From Ktedonobacterales bacterium (GTDB lineage: Bacteria > Chloroflexota > Ktedonobacteria > Ktedonobacterales > JADMIN01): a stretch of DNA of 32,000 nt. Within the stretch, counting starts at the first letter, position 1. Each line of letters starts with the position of its first letter. The translations under genes and the position numbers were made by a program. Location of the stretch: contig CP126532.1 in assembly GCA_030167145.1 (NCBI GenBank), positions 1,800,001 through 1,832,000 on the forward strand. Direction: 5' to 3'. Under the pieces are notes generated by a model that searched no databases, was not told where the DNA came from, and saw only the letters and a list, made by a program, of their open reading frames with translations. Positions 1-9,677 of the stretch are shown piece by piece.

Positions 1-1255
1 TCCACTTCGGACCCCGCCCCACATTCAGCGCATCGAAAGCGTAGAACCAGCCGTTCTTGTTGGTCGCGCCGACGAAATATTCGGTGGCCCCATTCCATGT
101 TGCCGTCCACAATTGCGGGCTGGACCCCCAATCGCTATCGTAAACCAGTTGGCCCGACGGCACCGACCACCGGCCCAGCAGGCTGAAATCACTGGTGCTC
201 AGCGAGATAATGGATTCTCCGTAAATCTCCGGAGTCGGGCAGCTTCCGCCCGTCGGCGTACCCGCGCTCACGCATCCCTGTGGAGTGTTGCACGTGCCGC
301 TATTGCCGGTGGCGAAGTAGAGCGCCCCATGCTGTTCATCCACGGCGATGCTGCCCCAGACACTCGCGCCAATGCAGCCACTGGGCACCGTGTAGAAGGT
401 CTGCTCAACCTGTCCCGTGGTCGCGTTCAGCGCGTAGACGCGGCCCTGTACCAGCGGGCAGTCCCCCAGCGAGGCCATACCCACGTAGATATGCCCATTA
501 CTGACCGTAGGCGAACTCCACAGATACTCCCCCACCGACGGATCGCCCAGCGTCGTCTGCCACAAGATTGCGCCGGTCAGCGCGTCCAGCGCATAGAACA
601 CGCCCGCGCCGCCGCTGATATACAGCACGCCATTGGCGATGGTGGGTGTCGCGGCAATGCCAATACTCGATGGCCGGCACTGCGCCGCCTGCATCGTACC
701 CAAAAACTGCGACCAGACAAGCACACCTGCCGTGGTATAGGCGTATTCATTGCCATCCCACGCGCCGATGTAGACCATCCCATTCACCACCACCGGCTGT
801 GCCGACAGCGTATTCGGCAGCGTCAGCGTCCATGCGGGCGCCAGCGTGCTCGCGGTCTGCCCCGTCAGCAGCGTCTCATCGCCGTTATAGCTGGTGTGGC
901 CGAGGTCGTGCAGATACGTGGTCCAGACACTATCCGCCTGCGTCGCGGGCGTGGACGCGCCTGATCCGCCATGCGCCGTCTGCTTGGCTCCAGATGTGCT
1001 CGTGGCCGTAGGCGTCTTCGCGGGCGGCATAGGTGTGCGCGTGGATTGCGGGTGTTGTGCTGCCCCCGCAGCCGAGCCAGCCGCCGAGCCAGTGCTGGCA
1101 CGTGCGTTCACAGGCGCGTTGGCCCCTTGCGCTGGCCGCATATGGCCCGCGGCCAAACCACCTAGCGTCAAGATGCTGGTGAACATCAGACAGATAGCCA
1201 CGGCAATCGCCAGCAGACGGCGTCGCGGCCATGCGGTGAATGGAAACAAATGCAT
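1..1255 (-). CDS. secreted PQQ-like (BamB-like) beta-propeller repeat protein; the N-terminal part is in the window and the ORF runs off the left edge
   Basis: Own translation of the minus strand from ATG 1255-1253, with a GGAG RBS just upstream (ctataGGAGatgacATG). It reads MHLFPFTAWPRRRLLAIAVAICLMFTSILTLGGLAAG (signal-peptide-like), then an Ala/Thr/Ser/Pro-rich linker. Repeated blade motifs follow: NGMVYIGAWDG, NGVLYISGGAGVFYALDALTGAILW, NGHIYVGMASL, GRVYALNATTGQ, GALYFATGN, KNGWFYAFDAL. It is absent from the ORF track because no stop lies in the window. The 113..964 + ORF is its Arg-rich antisense shadow. Confidence 0.7.
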   Translation of the reverse strand, partial: MHLFPFTAWPRRRLLAIAVAICLMFTSILTLGGLAAGHMRPAQGANAPVNARASTGSAAGSAAGAAQHPQSTRTPMPPAKTPTATSTSGAKQTAHGGSGASTPATQADSVWTTYLHDLGHTSYNGDETLLTGQTASTLAPAWTLTLPNTLSAQPVVVNGMVYIGAWDGNEYAYTTAGVLVWSQFLGTMQAAQCRPSSIGIAATPTIANGVLYISGGAGVFYALDALTGAILWQTTLGDPSVGEYLWSSPTVSNGHIYVGMASLGDCPLVQGRVYALNATTGQVEQTFYTVPSGCIGASVWGSIAVDEQHGALYFATGNSGTCNTPQGCVSAGTPTGGSCPTPEIYGESIISLSTSDFSLLGRWSVPSGQLVYDSDWGSSPQLWTATWNGATEYFVGATNKNGWFYAFDALNVGRGPKW

Positions 1256-1440
1256 GTCATCTCCTATAGCAAAGGAAGAAGTGCGGTCATGCAATGCGGA
1301 CAAAGCGGGAGAGGATGGCCTATCGAGGTGGTTCGTGAAACCATGATGTTAGCGCGGCTTCTTGTTCGGCGATTGGGTTTCCGAGCGCCGATGCGCCGTG
1401 TGCGAGCCGCTCAGCCAAACCGGCATCGCTGCGCTCGATG

Positions 1441-1514
1441 CTTCCCTTCCTCTATACTAGAGACGCGCAAAGGGAAGAAACGGAACGGGACGCTCCCACG
1501 CTGGGGAACGTCCC
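1441..1514 (-). terminator. two adjacent stem-loops downstream of rplI (possible terminator)
   Basis: CTTCCCTT(1441-1448)/AAGGGAAG(1470-1477) enclose an inner CTCTA-TAC-TAGAG palindrome. A second hairpin is GGGACG..CGTCCC at 1487-1514. On the minus strand the second hairpin is followed by gttccgtttcttcccttt, which is only moderately U-rich. Confidence 0.3.
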
Positions 1515-1589
1515 GTGTATTCTTCGTCTCGGTTGTGCAGTGATTGCGCCTGGTACGCGCAGGCCGCTTGCGCGGCAAACGCGACCGCG

Positions 1590-2108
1590 CTACGCTTCCG
1601 CGCCTTCTTCGTCCACAGCCTCTTCCGTGGCCGTTACGTCTGCGCCAGTCTCTTCCAATGTCTCCTTGGAGACGATGCGCACCTTGACCTTCGGCTCAAC
1701 ACCCTGGGCGATACGCACCGGCACCTCGAACTCTCCAAGCTGGCGCAGCGGCTCGCGCAGGTGGATCAGCCGACGATCAATGTTGATGTCTTCCAGTTCG
1801 AGCAATGCTTCCGCGATGTTCTGGCTGGTGACCGAGCCATAGAGGCGGTCGCCCTGACCTACCCGCACGGCAAAGGTCAGCACGCTCCGTTCGATACGCG
1901 CGGCCAGCGCCTCATTCGACTCGCGCTGCCGCTGCACACGTCGCTGCGCGGCGGCGACGCGCTCGCGCAGATTGGCCAGCTCACTGGCGGTTGCCGCCGT
2001 CACCAGTTGGCGCGGCAGTAAATAGTTGCGGGCGTAGCCGTTGGCCACATCCTTCACGTCACCCGGCTGGCCCAGCCCGGGCACCTCGTGCAGCAGAATA
2101 ACCTTCAT
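1590..2108 (-). CDS. rplI: 50S ribosomal protein L9
   Basis: MKVILLHEVPGLGQPGDVKDVANGYARNYLLPRQL... is the canonical L9 N-terminal domain. A long helical linker and C-terminal domain follow. An AGGGAG RBS lies upstream. Confidence 0.93.
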   Translation of the reverse strand: MKVILLHEVPGLGQPGDVKDVANGYARNYLLPRQLVTAATASELANLRERVAAAQRRVQRQRESNEALAARIERSVLTFAVRVGQGDRLYGSVTSQNIAEALLELEDINIDRRLIHLREPLRQLGEFEVPVRIAQGVEPKVKVRIVSKETLEETGADVTATEEAVDEEGAEA

Positions 2109-2227
2109 CTTCGGATTTCGCTCCCTTTATCGCCCGGCACGCGCGCGCCACGGCATCTGATCTTCTCTCGTCTACGTTCATCTCGTGGGCATGGGTCTAC
2201 GCGCGGCCTTTCAGGCACACTCTTTGG

Positions 2228-2256
2228 AGTATACACCCCCCGCGCCCGATGGGCAA
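2228..2256 (-). promoter_or_regulatory. candidate sigma70-type promoter for rplI (TTGCCC-17 nt-TATACT)
   Basis: On the minus strand, TTGCCC is at 2256-2251, a 17-nt spacer follows, and TATACT is at 2233-2228. This is about 120 nt upstream of the rplI start. Motif evidence only. Confidence 0.35.
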
Positions 2257-2302
2257 GCGGTATAGCCTCATAGCGGCCAGTCGCCCATCTACTTGCCCAT
2301 CA

Positions 2303-2689
2303 TCAGCGAATCACCGTGACGGTGATGCCAGGCACGAGTGCGTTCCAGCTACGGTCAGTGGTCAGCGCCGCCAGGCCAAGCTGCTGCGCCAGCGCCAGGC
2401 AGGCTCTATCGCCGAATGACAACCCTGCGGCGCGAGTGAGCGGGCGGAGAAATCCCGCCGCGAATGCCAGGGCACTATCGAAATCCACGACCGTGATGCC
2501 GAGCGCGAGCGTTGTTGTCCGCGCCGCCGTCTCTGGGATGCCGCGCTCACGAAGCTTGGCCACCACTTCGGATAGGTTGACCGCGCTGATTACCGCGCCA
2601 GCGGCAAGGGCGGCGGCAACGGTAGCGCTGCCTGGCTCGTTATACAACAGCGCCAGCATGGCAGAGGCGTCGAGGACGGACTTACTCAC
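2303..2689 (-). CDS. vapC: PIN-domain ribonuclease toxin VapC
   Basis: The tracked ORF (2303..2815) is trimmed to the GTG at 2689, which overlaps the vapB stop in GTGAGTAA. The protein reads VSKSVLDASAMLALLYNEPG...VNLSEV...SFGDRACLALAQQLGLAALTTDRSW. This shows the PIN acidic-residue pattern (D near the N-terminus, E, D, TxD near the C-terminus). Confidence 0.85.
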   Translation of the reverse strand: MSKSVLDASAMLALLYNEPGSATVAAALAAGAVISAVNLSEVVAKLRERGIPETAARTTTLALGITVVDFDSALAFAAGFLRPLTRAAGLSFGDRACLALAQQLGLAALTTDRSWNALVPGITVTVIR

Positions 2690-2927
2690 GGTCGGCCTCG
2701 GCGTGGCGTTCCCGTACCAGTTCGTCGGCGGCGGAAGCCCCATCGGGGTCATACTGGCGCACGATCTCCTGCGCACGCTCGATAGCACGCTGAAGGGTGA
2801 AGATGCGCAGCTCACCGTTCTCTAGCTGAAGGATGACTTCGTCACCCACCTGGAGGCCCAGGGCGCGGCGATACTCAGCGGGTATGACGATACGGCCGCC
2901 CTCGGTCAGGCGCGTAACATCTGGCAT
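2682..2927 (-). CDS. vapB: AbrB/SpoVT/MazE-fold antitoxin VapB
   Basis: MPDVTRLTEGGRIVIPAEYRRALGLQVGDEVILQLENGELRI is a swapped-hairpin AbrB-like DNA-binding motif. It lies immediately upstream of the PIN gene and is overlap-coupled to it. Confidence 0.85.
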   Translation of the reverse strand: MPDVTRLTEGGRIVIPAEYRRALGLQVGDEVILQLENGELRIFTLQRAIERAQEIVRQYDPDGASAADELVRERHAEADRE

Positions 2928-3122
2928 ACTGACGACTACCCTTCTACTTGCATGGTATCATAGCGGCTAAGAGACCCCGGCGCAGCGTATGCCATGTACC
3001 GTGATTCATGCCAGTCCAGTACAATAGTGGCATAAATCGAACACCATGTCAATTTACTCATCGCCAGCTTCATGTGCTGAAGACCGGTTTCCACGTCGCG
3101 GTGGTATTCGGGGAGGTGCCAG

Positions 3123-3638
3123 GTGAAGCGATTCGTATCCTTCGCATCGCTGGTGACAGCGGTGTGGCTCGTCTGCGCGTTGGCGGGCTGCGCCGAGGTG
3201 GCGCGCCAGTCGGTTCCGGTCAGCATACCTCCGGCAACCTGCGCCGCCACCGACCAGGATCAGTATGTCTACGACCCCCGGCGGCTCCAGGTCGTCCAAT
3301 CCTGCATCCACGTCACCGGCATTGTCGAGGCGGTGGAGATCGAGCCGGACGGCGACGCCAACCTTTTCCTGCGTCCCGACCCGCAATATCGCGACCTGCT
3401 CACCCCAGCCAGCATCCAATACGAGCAGGGCAATCTGGTCATCGAGCCGGTCTGTGTCGGCCAGCCGGTGCAGTCGAACGTGATGCTGCTCTGCGCCGGT
3501 GATCCCGATCCCTTCACGGGGTCGTTCCCCGCCGCCGGAACCCATGTCTGGATGGAGGGGCGCTACGTGCTCGACCTGCATCACGAAGGCCACGCCGAAC
3601 TGCATCCCCTCTACCGCATGGGCACGCTGTCGTCCTGA
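3123..3638 (+). CDS. putative lipoprotein, unknown function
   Basis: GTG start preceded by a [10 protein letters not shown]. The N-terminus MKRFVSFASLVTAVWLVCALAGC has a signal peptide plus an L-A-G-C lipobox. Several Cys and His residues sit in the mature part. Confidence 0.7.
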   Translation: MKRFVSFASLVTAVWLVCALAGCAEVARQSVPVSIPPATCAATDQDQYVYDPRRLQVVQSCIHVTGIVEAVEIEPDGDANLFLRPDPQYRDLLTPASIQYEQGNLVIEPVCVGQPVQSNVMLLCAGDPDPFTGSFPAAGTHVWMEGRYVLDLHHEGHAELHPLYRMGTLSS

Positions 3639-3666
3639 TGAACGGACGCATAGAAAGGATGCCACC

Positions 3667-4317
3667 ATGACTGCCGCGCATGTCTCCGCCACACCACGCC
3701 CACGATTCGCACCTGGATGGATCGGCGCGGGTGTGCTAGGTTACGCCGCTGGTTTCGCGCTCTGGCTCTCGGTGTTTCCGGCGTTGCGCCCCGTGCTGGG
3801 CCGCCTGCTCGGCGGGAGTGTCAGCGTAGCGGCGTTCGGCGCGACGGTGGGGCTGTGCGTCGGCGTCGCGCAAGTGCTCCTCGTGCGGTGGCTTGCCCCA
3901 GCGCGGCTCTGGATTCCCGCGACCATCCTCGGCCTAGCGACTGGCTTCGTGCTGGCGGCGTGGTCCGGGCTGCTGCTGAGCGAGGCATTTGGAGGGTCCG
4001 GCGTCGGCGTCTACCTCAGCGACGCCGTCGAAGACCTCACCTTCGGGCTGCTGCTCGGCCTCTGCGTCGGCGTTGCGCGTGCGTTCGCGTTGCGCCAAAG
4101 CCAGGGAACCGCGCTCGCACGACGCTGGATTATAGCGAGCGCCGTCGGGCTGATGGTGGGCTACGCCGCCTCGCTGGGCATCCTCGAACTACTTCCCGCG
4201 CTGCCCTCAACGCTGATCGGCGCGGTCTTCGGCGCGTGTGTCGGCGGCATCGCCGCGCTGCTCGAATGGCTGATCGTGGGTCGGCTGGTCGCGCGGACAG
4301 GTGCGGCTGCTATATAG
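3667..4317 (+). CDS. polytopic membrane protein with internally repeated G-x-C-V-G-V-A helices
   Basis: Trimmed to ATG 3667 (AAAGGA RBS). The sequence is hydrophobic with repeated FGATVGLCVGVAQ / FGLLLGLCVGVAR / FGACVGGIAAL segments. The other-frame 3717..4409 ORF is Arg-rich junk. Confidence 0.6.
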   Translation: MTAAHVSATPRPRFAPGWIGAGVLGYAAGFALWLSVFPALRPVLGRLLGGSVSVAAFGATVGLCVGVAQVLLVRWLAPARLWIPATILGLATGFVLAAWSGLLLSEAFGGSGVGVYLSDAVEDLTFGLLLGLCVGVARAFALRQSQGTALARRWIIASAVGLMVGYAASLGILELLPALPSTLIGAVFGACVGGIAALLEWLIVGRLVARTGAAAI

Positions 4318-4402
4318 CGCTTGCACGCCATTATGGGTGTGCATGTGCGATAATGACCAGGCCGCGAGGCACAGGGGGCGCGATCCAGGAAAACAAGGAC
4401 AA

Positions 4403-4681
4403 ATGGTAATGAACGAGCCGAAGTACACTATAGAAGAGGTTGCTGACATCATCGGCGTGAAGGTTGCAACAGTGGAAAACTGGGTGCGACGCGACATCGT
4501 GCGCGGCTACAAACTCGACGGACGCATCGTCATTCCCTGTTCCGAAGTTGACGATTACCGTCCAATGGCCGAAGCATCGAAGGCGCTTGACCCGACACCG
4601 CCAACCGAGGAGATTGTCGAGGCGATACAACGCGGACGGCGGAAGTGGGTATGGCCAACTGAAACAGAAGAGAAGCAGTAG
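4403..4681 (+). CDS. excisionase/MerR-type helix-turn-helix DNA-binding protein
   Basis: Trimmed to ATG 4403. YTIEEVADIIGVKVATVENWVRRDIVRGYKLDGRIVIP matches the HTH_17/excisionase-family pattern. A possible extended -10 (TGcGATAAT, 4346-4354) lies upstream. Confidence 0.7.
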   Translation: MVMNEPKYTIEEVADIIGVKVATVENWVRRDIVRGYKLDGRIVIPCSEVDDYRPMAEASKALDPTPPTEEIVEAIQRGRRKWVWPTETEEKQ

Positions 4682-4853
4682 TGACCTCGCCCAACTCCTC
4701 CAGGCACAGCTTCAGCACATCCCCCAGATTGACACGCAATTCGTCCAGGGTTTCGCCCTGGCTGTGCGCACCCGGGATTCCAGGCACAATGCCAACGTGG
4801 AGCTTCGTTTCGGGATCATATTCGACGTAGGCCGTGAATGAGCGTATGGTCAT
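4530..4853 (-). CDS. HicB-like (UPF0150) antitoxin-family protein with an aberrant C-terminus
   Basis: MTIRSFTAYVEYDPETKLHVGIVPGIPGAHSQGETLDELRVNLGDVLKLCLEELGE is a typical HicB N-terminal domain, with a GGAGGTGA RBS. After about residue 57 the reading frame runs antisense through the 3' end of the HTH gene (4530-4681) and looks unlike family members. No hicA partner was seen. Confidence 0.55.
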   Translation of the reverse strand: MTIRSFTAYVEYDPETKLHVGIVPGIPGAHSQGETLDELRVNLGDVLKLCLEELGEVTTASLLFQLAIPTSAVRVVSPRQSPRLAVSGQAPSMLRPLDGNRQLRNRE

Positions 4854-4883
4854 CGCCTCACCTCCGCCCCGATTATACGCGCG

Positions 4884-7800
4884 CTATGCCCCCTCCCGAT
4901 ACATCCCCACCGGCAGCACTGCATAGCCGCCCGCGTCCGCCAGCGCCTCCACCACCGCGCGTGCGGTATCCAGTGACGTGAGACAAGGGATGTTGTGCTC
5001 CACGGCGGCGCGGCGAATCTGGAAGCCATCCTGTATCTCGATGCCCTCGCGGATCGGACCGCGCCCGCCGGTGATCGTATTGATAACGAGCTGCACCTTG
5101 CGCGTGCGGATCAGATCGAGAATCGTCGTGTGGCCCTCGCTGATGCGCCCCACCGAACCCGCGCGGATGCCTTGCTCGCTCAGCAGCCGCGCTGTGCCTG
5201 GCGTCGCGTAGAACATATAGCCCGCATCCGCCAGCGCCCGTAGAATCGGCATCGCTTCGCTCTTATCGCGGTCGGCGATAGAGACATACGCACACCCATC
5301 GCGTTCGGGAACGCTGATGTTCGCCGCCAGCAGCGCCTTGCGCAGCGCCGCCGCATATGTCTTATCCACGCCCATCACCTCGCCAGTGCTCTTCATCTCC
5401 GGGCCGAGCGCCATCTCGCCGCCAATAATCTTCTGCATCGAGAAGACCGGACCCTTCACCGCCACCAGCGGCTGCGCGGGCCACAGGCCATCGGCATAGC
5501 CCGCGTATCCCTGCTCCGCCAGCGTCACGCCCAGCATGATCCGCGTCGCCAGCGTCACCATCGGCACCCCCGTCACCTTGCTCAAGAAGGGCACTGTACG
5601 CGAAGCGCGCGGGTTGACCTCGAGGATATACACGTTCTCGCCCGGCGCGCTTCCATTCGGCTCCGTCAGCACGAACTGCGCGTTCATCAGCCCGCGCACC
5701 CCCAGCGCCAGCGCCAGCGCCCGACTGTAGCGCGCGATGGTGGCGGTCTCCTCGCCGCTCAAGCTGCGCGGCGGATACACCGCGAAGCTATCGCCGGAAT
5801 GCACCCCCGCCCGCTCCAGATGCTCCATGATGCCAGGAATCAGCACATCTGTCCCGTCGCAGATCACATCCACCTCCACCTCGCGTCCACTGAGGTAGCG
5901 GTCAATCAGAATCGGATGCTCGCCAAACTGCTCCACCACCCGCGTCACATAGCGTTCCAGCGCCGCCTCGGTGCGCACGATCTCCATTGCGCGGCCCCCC
6001 AGCACATACGACGGACGCACCAGCACCGGATAGCCAATCTCGTTTGCCACCGCCATCGCCTCGCCCACCGTGCGCACGCCCCCACCCTTCGGACGTGGTA
6101 TATTCAGCCGTTCGAGCACATCATCGAAGCGGCGGCGATCCTCAGCCAGATCAATGCTCTCCACCGATGTGCCCAGCAGCGGCGTGCCAGCGGCGGCCAG
6201 CGGCGCGGCCAGCCCGATAGCCGTCTGCCCGCCAAACTGTGTGACCACCGGCGGCAAGGAAGCGCCCGTTTCCGCCTCGTTTTCGAGGATGTTCAGCACG
6301 CTTTCGCTGTCGAGTGGCTCAAAGTAGAGCCGGTCCGACATATCGAAATCCGTGCTGACCGTTTCGGGATTCGAGTTGACCAGGATGCTCTGCACCCCGG
6401 CAGCGCGTAGCTCCTGGGCCGCGCGCACCGAACAATAGTCGAATTCGATGCCCTGGCCGATGCGAATCGGGCCGGAGCCGAGCACCAACGCCTTTTCGCC
6501 AGCCAGTGGCTCTGCCTCGTTCTCCTGCTCATACGTGCTATAGAAGTACGGCGTGCGCGCGGCGAATTCGGCGGCGCAGGTATCCACCATCTTATAGGTC
6601 GGCAGGATGCCCCACGCGTGGCGCAGCGCGCGAACGTCATGCGCGCCAGTGTCCGGCGCGGCGGAATCACCGGCGATGCCTGGGATCAGCGCCGCGATCT
6701 GCGCATCGGCGAAACCCATCCGCTTAGCCTGGCGCAGCAGCGACGGCGTCAGCGGGCGGCTGGCCAGCTTCTCTTCCAGCTTGACGATGTTACGCAGCTT
6801 GGCGAGAAACCACAGATCAATTCCGGTTTCGCGGTGCAGGTCTTCCAGCATGCCGTCGGCAGTATCGCAGCGGATCGTATCCAGCAACCGCCAGAGCCGC
6901 TGGTCATTCGGCTCGAATTCGCGGCCTTCGGGCACCTCCGCGCCGTCTTCGGGTTGCGCGGGCTTCAGCGCGTCCGGGCGGATCTCCAGCGAGCGCATCG
7001 CCTTTTGCAGCGCCGCCTCGAAGGTGCGGTCAATCGCCATCACCTCACCGGTGGCCTTCATCTGCGTGCCCAGGTTGCGGTCGGCCAGCGGAAACTTATC
7101 GAACGGCCAGCGCGGAATCTTGACCACCGCGTAATCCAGCGCAGGCTCGAAGGCGGCGACCGTCTTGCCCGTGATTTCGTTGCTGATCTCGTCCAGCCGC
7201 AGCCCAATGGCAATCTTCGCGGCAACGCGGGCGATGGGATACCCCGTCGCCTTCGACGCCAGCGCCGAACTCCGGCTCACGCGCGGATTCACCTCGATCA
7301 CATAGAACTGGAACGACTGTGGATCCAGCGCGAACTGCACGTTGCAGCCGCCCTCCACGCCCAGCGCGCGGATGATTCGCAACGACGCGGTGCGCAGCAT
7401 CTGATACTCGCGGTCCGAGAGCGTCTGGCTCGGCGCGACGACGATGCTATCTCCAGTGTGGATGCCCAGCGGATCGAAGTTCTCCATGTTGCAGACGGTG
7501 ATGCAGGCATCCGCGCTATCCCGAATCACCTCGTATTCGATCTCCTTCCAGCCCTTCAGATACTGCTCGATCAATACCTGCCCAATGGGGCTGGCGCTGA
7601 GTCCCGATGCGGCGATGCGCTCCAGATCAGCGCGCGTGCGCGCCACACCCCCGCCCGTGCCGCCAAGCGTGAACGCTGGCCGCACCACCACCGGCAGGCC
7701 GATCTCCTCCGCGAAGGTCAGCGCGTCGGCGACAGCAGTGACGGTCTTGCTGGGCGGTGCGCCAATCCCCAGGTCCAGCAGCAGTTGCTTGAATAACTCG

Positions 7801-8186
7801 CGGTCTTCGGCCTTCTGAATCGTCGCCAGCGGCGTGCCGAGCAGCTTGACGCTGAACTCGTCCAGAATGCCCGCCTCGTGCAGTTCGACGGCGAGATTGA
7901 GGCCCGTCTGTCCGCCCAGCGTCGCCAGCAGTCCGTCGGGGCGCTCGCGCTCGATCACGCGGCGCAGCACCTCCACTTTCAGCGGCTCGATATAGGTCAC
8001 GTCGGCCACGCCCTCGTCAGTCATGATCGTCGCTGGATTCGAGTTGACGAGGATTACACGCTTGCCCTCTTCGCGCAGCGCGCGGCAGGCCTGTGTCCCC
8101 GCGTAGTCGAACTCAGCCGCCTGACCGATGACAATCGGCCCTGAGCCAATGACGAGCACGCTCTCGATATCTTTCCGTACCGGCAC
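4884..8186 (-). CDS. carB: carbamoyl-phosphate synthase large subunit
   Basis: 1100 aa. It starts [33 protein letters not shown] and has two ATP-grasp halves (the second begins [21 protein letters not shown]). An MGS-like C-terminal domain is present. GTG start at 8186. Confidence 0.97.
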   Translation of the reverse strand: MPVRKDIESVLVIGSGPIVIGQAAEFDYAGTQACRALREEGKRVILVNSNPATIMTDEGVADVTYIEPLKVEVLRRVIERERPDGLLATLGGQTGLNLAVELHEAGILDEFSVKLLGTPLATIQKAEDRELFKQLLLDLGIGAPPSKTVTAVADALTFAEEIGLPVVVRPAFTLGGTGGGVARTRADLERIAASGLSASPIGQVLIEQYLKGWKEIEYEVIRDSADACITVCNMENFDPLGIHTGDSIVVAPSQTLSDREYQMLRTASLRIIRALGVEGGCNVQFALDPQSFQFYVIEVNPRVSRSSALASKATGYPIARVAAKIAIGLRLDEISNEITGKTVAAFEPALDYAVVKIPRWPFDKFPLADRNLGTQMKATGEVMAIDRTFEAALQKAMRSLEIRPDALKPAQPEDGAEVPEGREFEPNDQRLWRLLDTIRCDTADGMLEDLHRETGIDLWFLAKLRNIVKLEEKLASRPLTPSLLRQAKRMGFADAQIAALIPGIAGDSAAPDTGAHDVRALRHAWGILPTYKMVDTCAAEFAARTPYFYSTYEQENEAEPLAGEKALVLGSGPIRIGQGIEFDYCSVRAAQELRAAGVQSILVNSNPETVSTDFDMSDRLYFEPLDSESVLNILENEAETGASLPPVVTQFGGQTAIGLAAPLAAAGTPLLGTSVESIDLAEDRRRFDDVLERLNIPRPKGGGVRTVGEAMAVANEIGYPVLVRPSYVLGGRAMEIVRTEAALERYVTRVVEQFGEHPILIDRYLSGREVEVDVICDGTDVLIPGIMEHLERAGVHSGDSFAVYPPRSLSGEETATIARYSRALALALGVRGLMNAQFVLTEPNGSAPGENVYILEVNPRASRTVPFLSKVTGVPMVTLATRIMLGVTLAEQGYAGYADGLWPAQPLVAVKGPVFSMQKIIGGEMALGPEMKSTGEVMGVDKTYAAALRKALLAANISVPERDGCAYVSIADRDKSEAMPILRALADAGYMFYATPGTARLLSEQGIRAGSVGRISEGHTTILDLIRTRKVQLVINTITGGRGPIREGIEIQDGFQIRRAAVEHNIPCLTSLDTARAVVEALADAGGYAVLPVGMYREGA

Positions 8187-8221
8187 GTTGACCTGAACTC
8201 TCTAGCCCCTTGCGGGGAATC

Positions 8222-8246
8222 GGGCGTCCACCGGACGCCCCTACGG
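8222..8246 (-). repeat. REP2 hairpin repeat copy (GGGCGTCC-ACC-GGACGCCC-CTACGG)
   Basis: Reverse complement of the CCGTAGGGGCGTCC-NNT-GGACGCCCG units at 27414 and 29835. It sits in the 54-nt gap between the GNAT stop (8241) and the carB start (8186). Confidence 0.8.
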
Positions 8247-9113
8247 TATATCCACGAAGCTATACACATCCACATCACACACCGGACGGTAGCCGATCTG
8301 CTGGTAGATATGGTTCGCGGTTGGATTGGCGAGATTGGTATAGAGGAAGCAGAAGCGCCGCCCTTCATCCAGCAGCGCCTGGCTGGCAGCGGCAGTGCAT
8401 GCGCTGGCGTAACCCTTGCGCCGCAGTTCCGGCGGTGTATAGACCGGCCCGATACGCATGCCATTGGGCGTGGGACCCGTGAAGCCGACCATCGTCACCG
8501 GCTGGCCGTCCACTTCCCAGAGATACATGCCCCGCACCGGCGAATTGAAGACGCGATCTACCACCGCCTCGATGTCGGGTGGCGGACCGGGCAGCGGCCC
8601 CGCATCGTCGAAGAATCCAGCGGTCCAGGCGGTGAGTACCGCACGGTCGGCCTCGGTCGCGCGGCGCATACCGCCGGGAACGCCCGCCACTGGAACAACG
8701 GTATCAACTTGATAGATGCGCTCATTGATACTCAGGTGATAGGCCTGCCCTGTGCCCACCTGCCACATCTGCGCGAATTGCTTGCTCTGAGCGCTTGGCC
8801 CGTTCACACCTGGCAACTGATCGCCGTAAACGTTGCGCAAGTTATGCATGAACTGCTGGCCCGCTAGAAAGGCGATGCGCTCGTCAGCCGTGTACGCGAG
8901 AATCACCAGATGTGGCGGCGTGCGTATGGCTGCGGCCACCACCTCATCCCCCTCCGTCACCACCGCCAGATACGGCGGCTGCTCGTACTCATTGCTGTGC
9001 ATCAGCGACGAGCAGATGCCCAGCATCAGGTTGTTTTCCGCCTCGTGCGCCAGCAGAAATGACTCCGCCCGCTGATAAAACGCAGCGGCATCATCAAAGC
9101 GCGTCAACTCCAT
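8241..9113 (-). CDS. GNAT-family N-acetyltransferase (two-domain, about 290 aa)
   Basis: The C-terminal half has the acetyl-CoA motif PPELRRKGYASA plus LYTNLANPTANHIYQQIGY. The N-terminal MELTRFDDAAAFYQRAESFLLAHEAENNLMLGI is typical of this long GNAT subgroup. Confidence 0.8.
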   Translation of the reverse strand: MELTRFDDAAAFYQRAESFLLAHEAENNLMLGICSSLMHSNEYEQPPYLAVVTEGDEVVAAAIRTPPHLVILAYTADERIAFLAGQQFMHNLRNVYGDQLPGVNGPSAQSKQFAQMWQVGTGQAYHLSINERIYQVDTVVPVAGVPGGMRRATEADRAVLTAWTAGFFDDAGPLPGPPPDIEAVVDRVFNSPVRGMYLWEVDGQPVTMVGFTGPTPNGMRIGPVYTPPELRRKGYASACTAAASQALLDEGRRFCFLYTNLANPTANHIYQQIGYRPVCDVDVYSFVDIP

Positions 9114-9649
9114 GGCCGACCTCCTTCACCCACTCGCTTCTCATAGCGCGCGGCGATACGACGCGGCAGGGCGCGCTCCCCGCTATCCACAAAGCCGGCG
9201 CGCACGTAATACGCCCGCAGCGCCGGATTGTCCGCCATGCAATCCAGCCGCACATACGTTTTGCCTTCGCTCGCGGCGACACGCTCGGCCCACGCGAGCA
9301 TCGCCAGCCCAATCTCCTTGCCCGCGAAGCTGCGCGCCACCGCCAGCCCATGCACATACAGCGCGTCATCAGTGGCAGCTTCCGGCCACACCTCGCGGTC
9401 GTCGGCTTCCAGTGTGATCGTCCCAGCGGGTGCGCCATCGAGACTGGCGAGATAGATGACGCCCCGCGAAATCCGGCGGGCAACGATCTCGCGCATCGGC
9501 ATCGGCGGCAGACCCGGCGGCATGCCGCGCGCCTTCTGCCATTCGACCGCATCATCGTAGATCACCGTGAGCGCATCGGTATCCGCTGGCCGCGCCTGCC
9601 GGATATCCAATTCGCCATGTGGCGTGGTGATATTTTCGTCTCGTGTCAT
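9104..9649 (-). CDS. GNAT-family N-acetyltransferase (about 181 aa)
   Basis: Trimmed to ATG 9649, because the tracked 9892 start would overlap carA. Motifs are LYVHGLAVARSFAGKEIGLAMLAWAE and NPALRAYYVRAGF. A 10-nt ATGGAGTTGA overlap joins it to the next GNAT gene. Confidence 0.8.
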   Translation of the reverse strand: MTRDENITTPHGELDIRQARPADTDALTVIYDDAVEWQKARGMPPGLPPMPMREIVARRISRGVIYLASLDGAPAGTITLEADDREVWPEAATDDALYVHGLAVARSFAGKEIGLAMLAWAERVAASEGKTYVRLDCMADNPALRAYYVRAGFVDSGERALPRRIAARYEKRVGEGGRPWS

Positions 9650-9677
9650 GCGTTCCACTCGCTTCTTGCGGCGCACT

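Noticed and set aside
113-964. 283-aa plus-strand ORF, and overlapping ORFs 646..1011 and 894..1346
   Set aside because: They are extremely Arg/Pro/Ala-rich with no motifs. They lie antisense to a convincing minus-strand PQQ-like propeller gene that is missing from the track only because it runs off the window edge.
2690-2815. N-terminal 42-aa extension of the vapC ORF as tracked (start 2815)
   Set aside because: The extension overlaps vapB out of frame and is Ser/Pro/Arg-rich. The GTG at 2689 gives the standard antitoxin-stop/toxin-start overlap and a normal PIN N-terminus.
2936-3250. 104-aa minus-strand ORF in the vapB-lipoprotein spacer
   Set aside because: It overlaps the lipoprotein gene start on the opposite strand, lacks an RBS, and has an odd composition. 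The region is better explained as a divergent promoter spacer.
6618-7796. 392-aa plus-strand ORF inside carB, and similar long ORFs (5799..6410, 8912..9910, 9567..10385, 13867..14817, 20879..21721, 22918..23820, 23941..25503, 29910..30527)
   Set aside because: These are classic high-GC antisense or off-frame shadow ORFs. They are Arg/His/Pro-rich, lack an RBS, and each is fully contained within a gene with strong family motifs on the other strand or frame.
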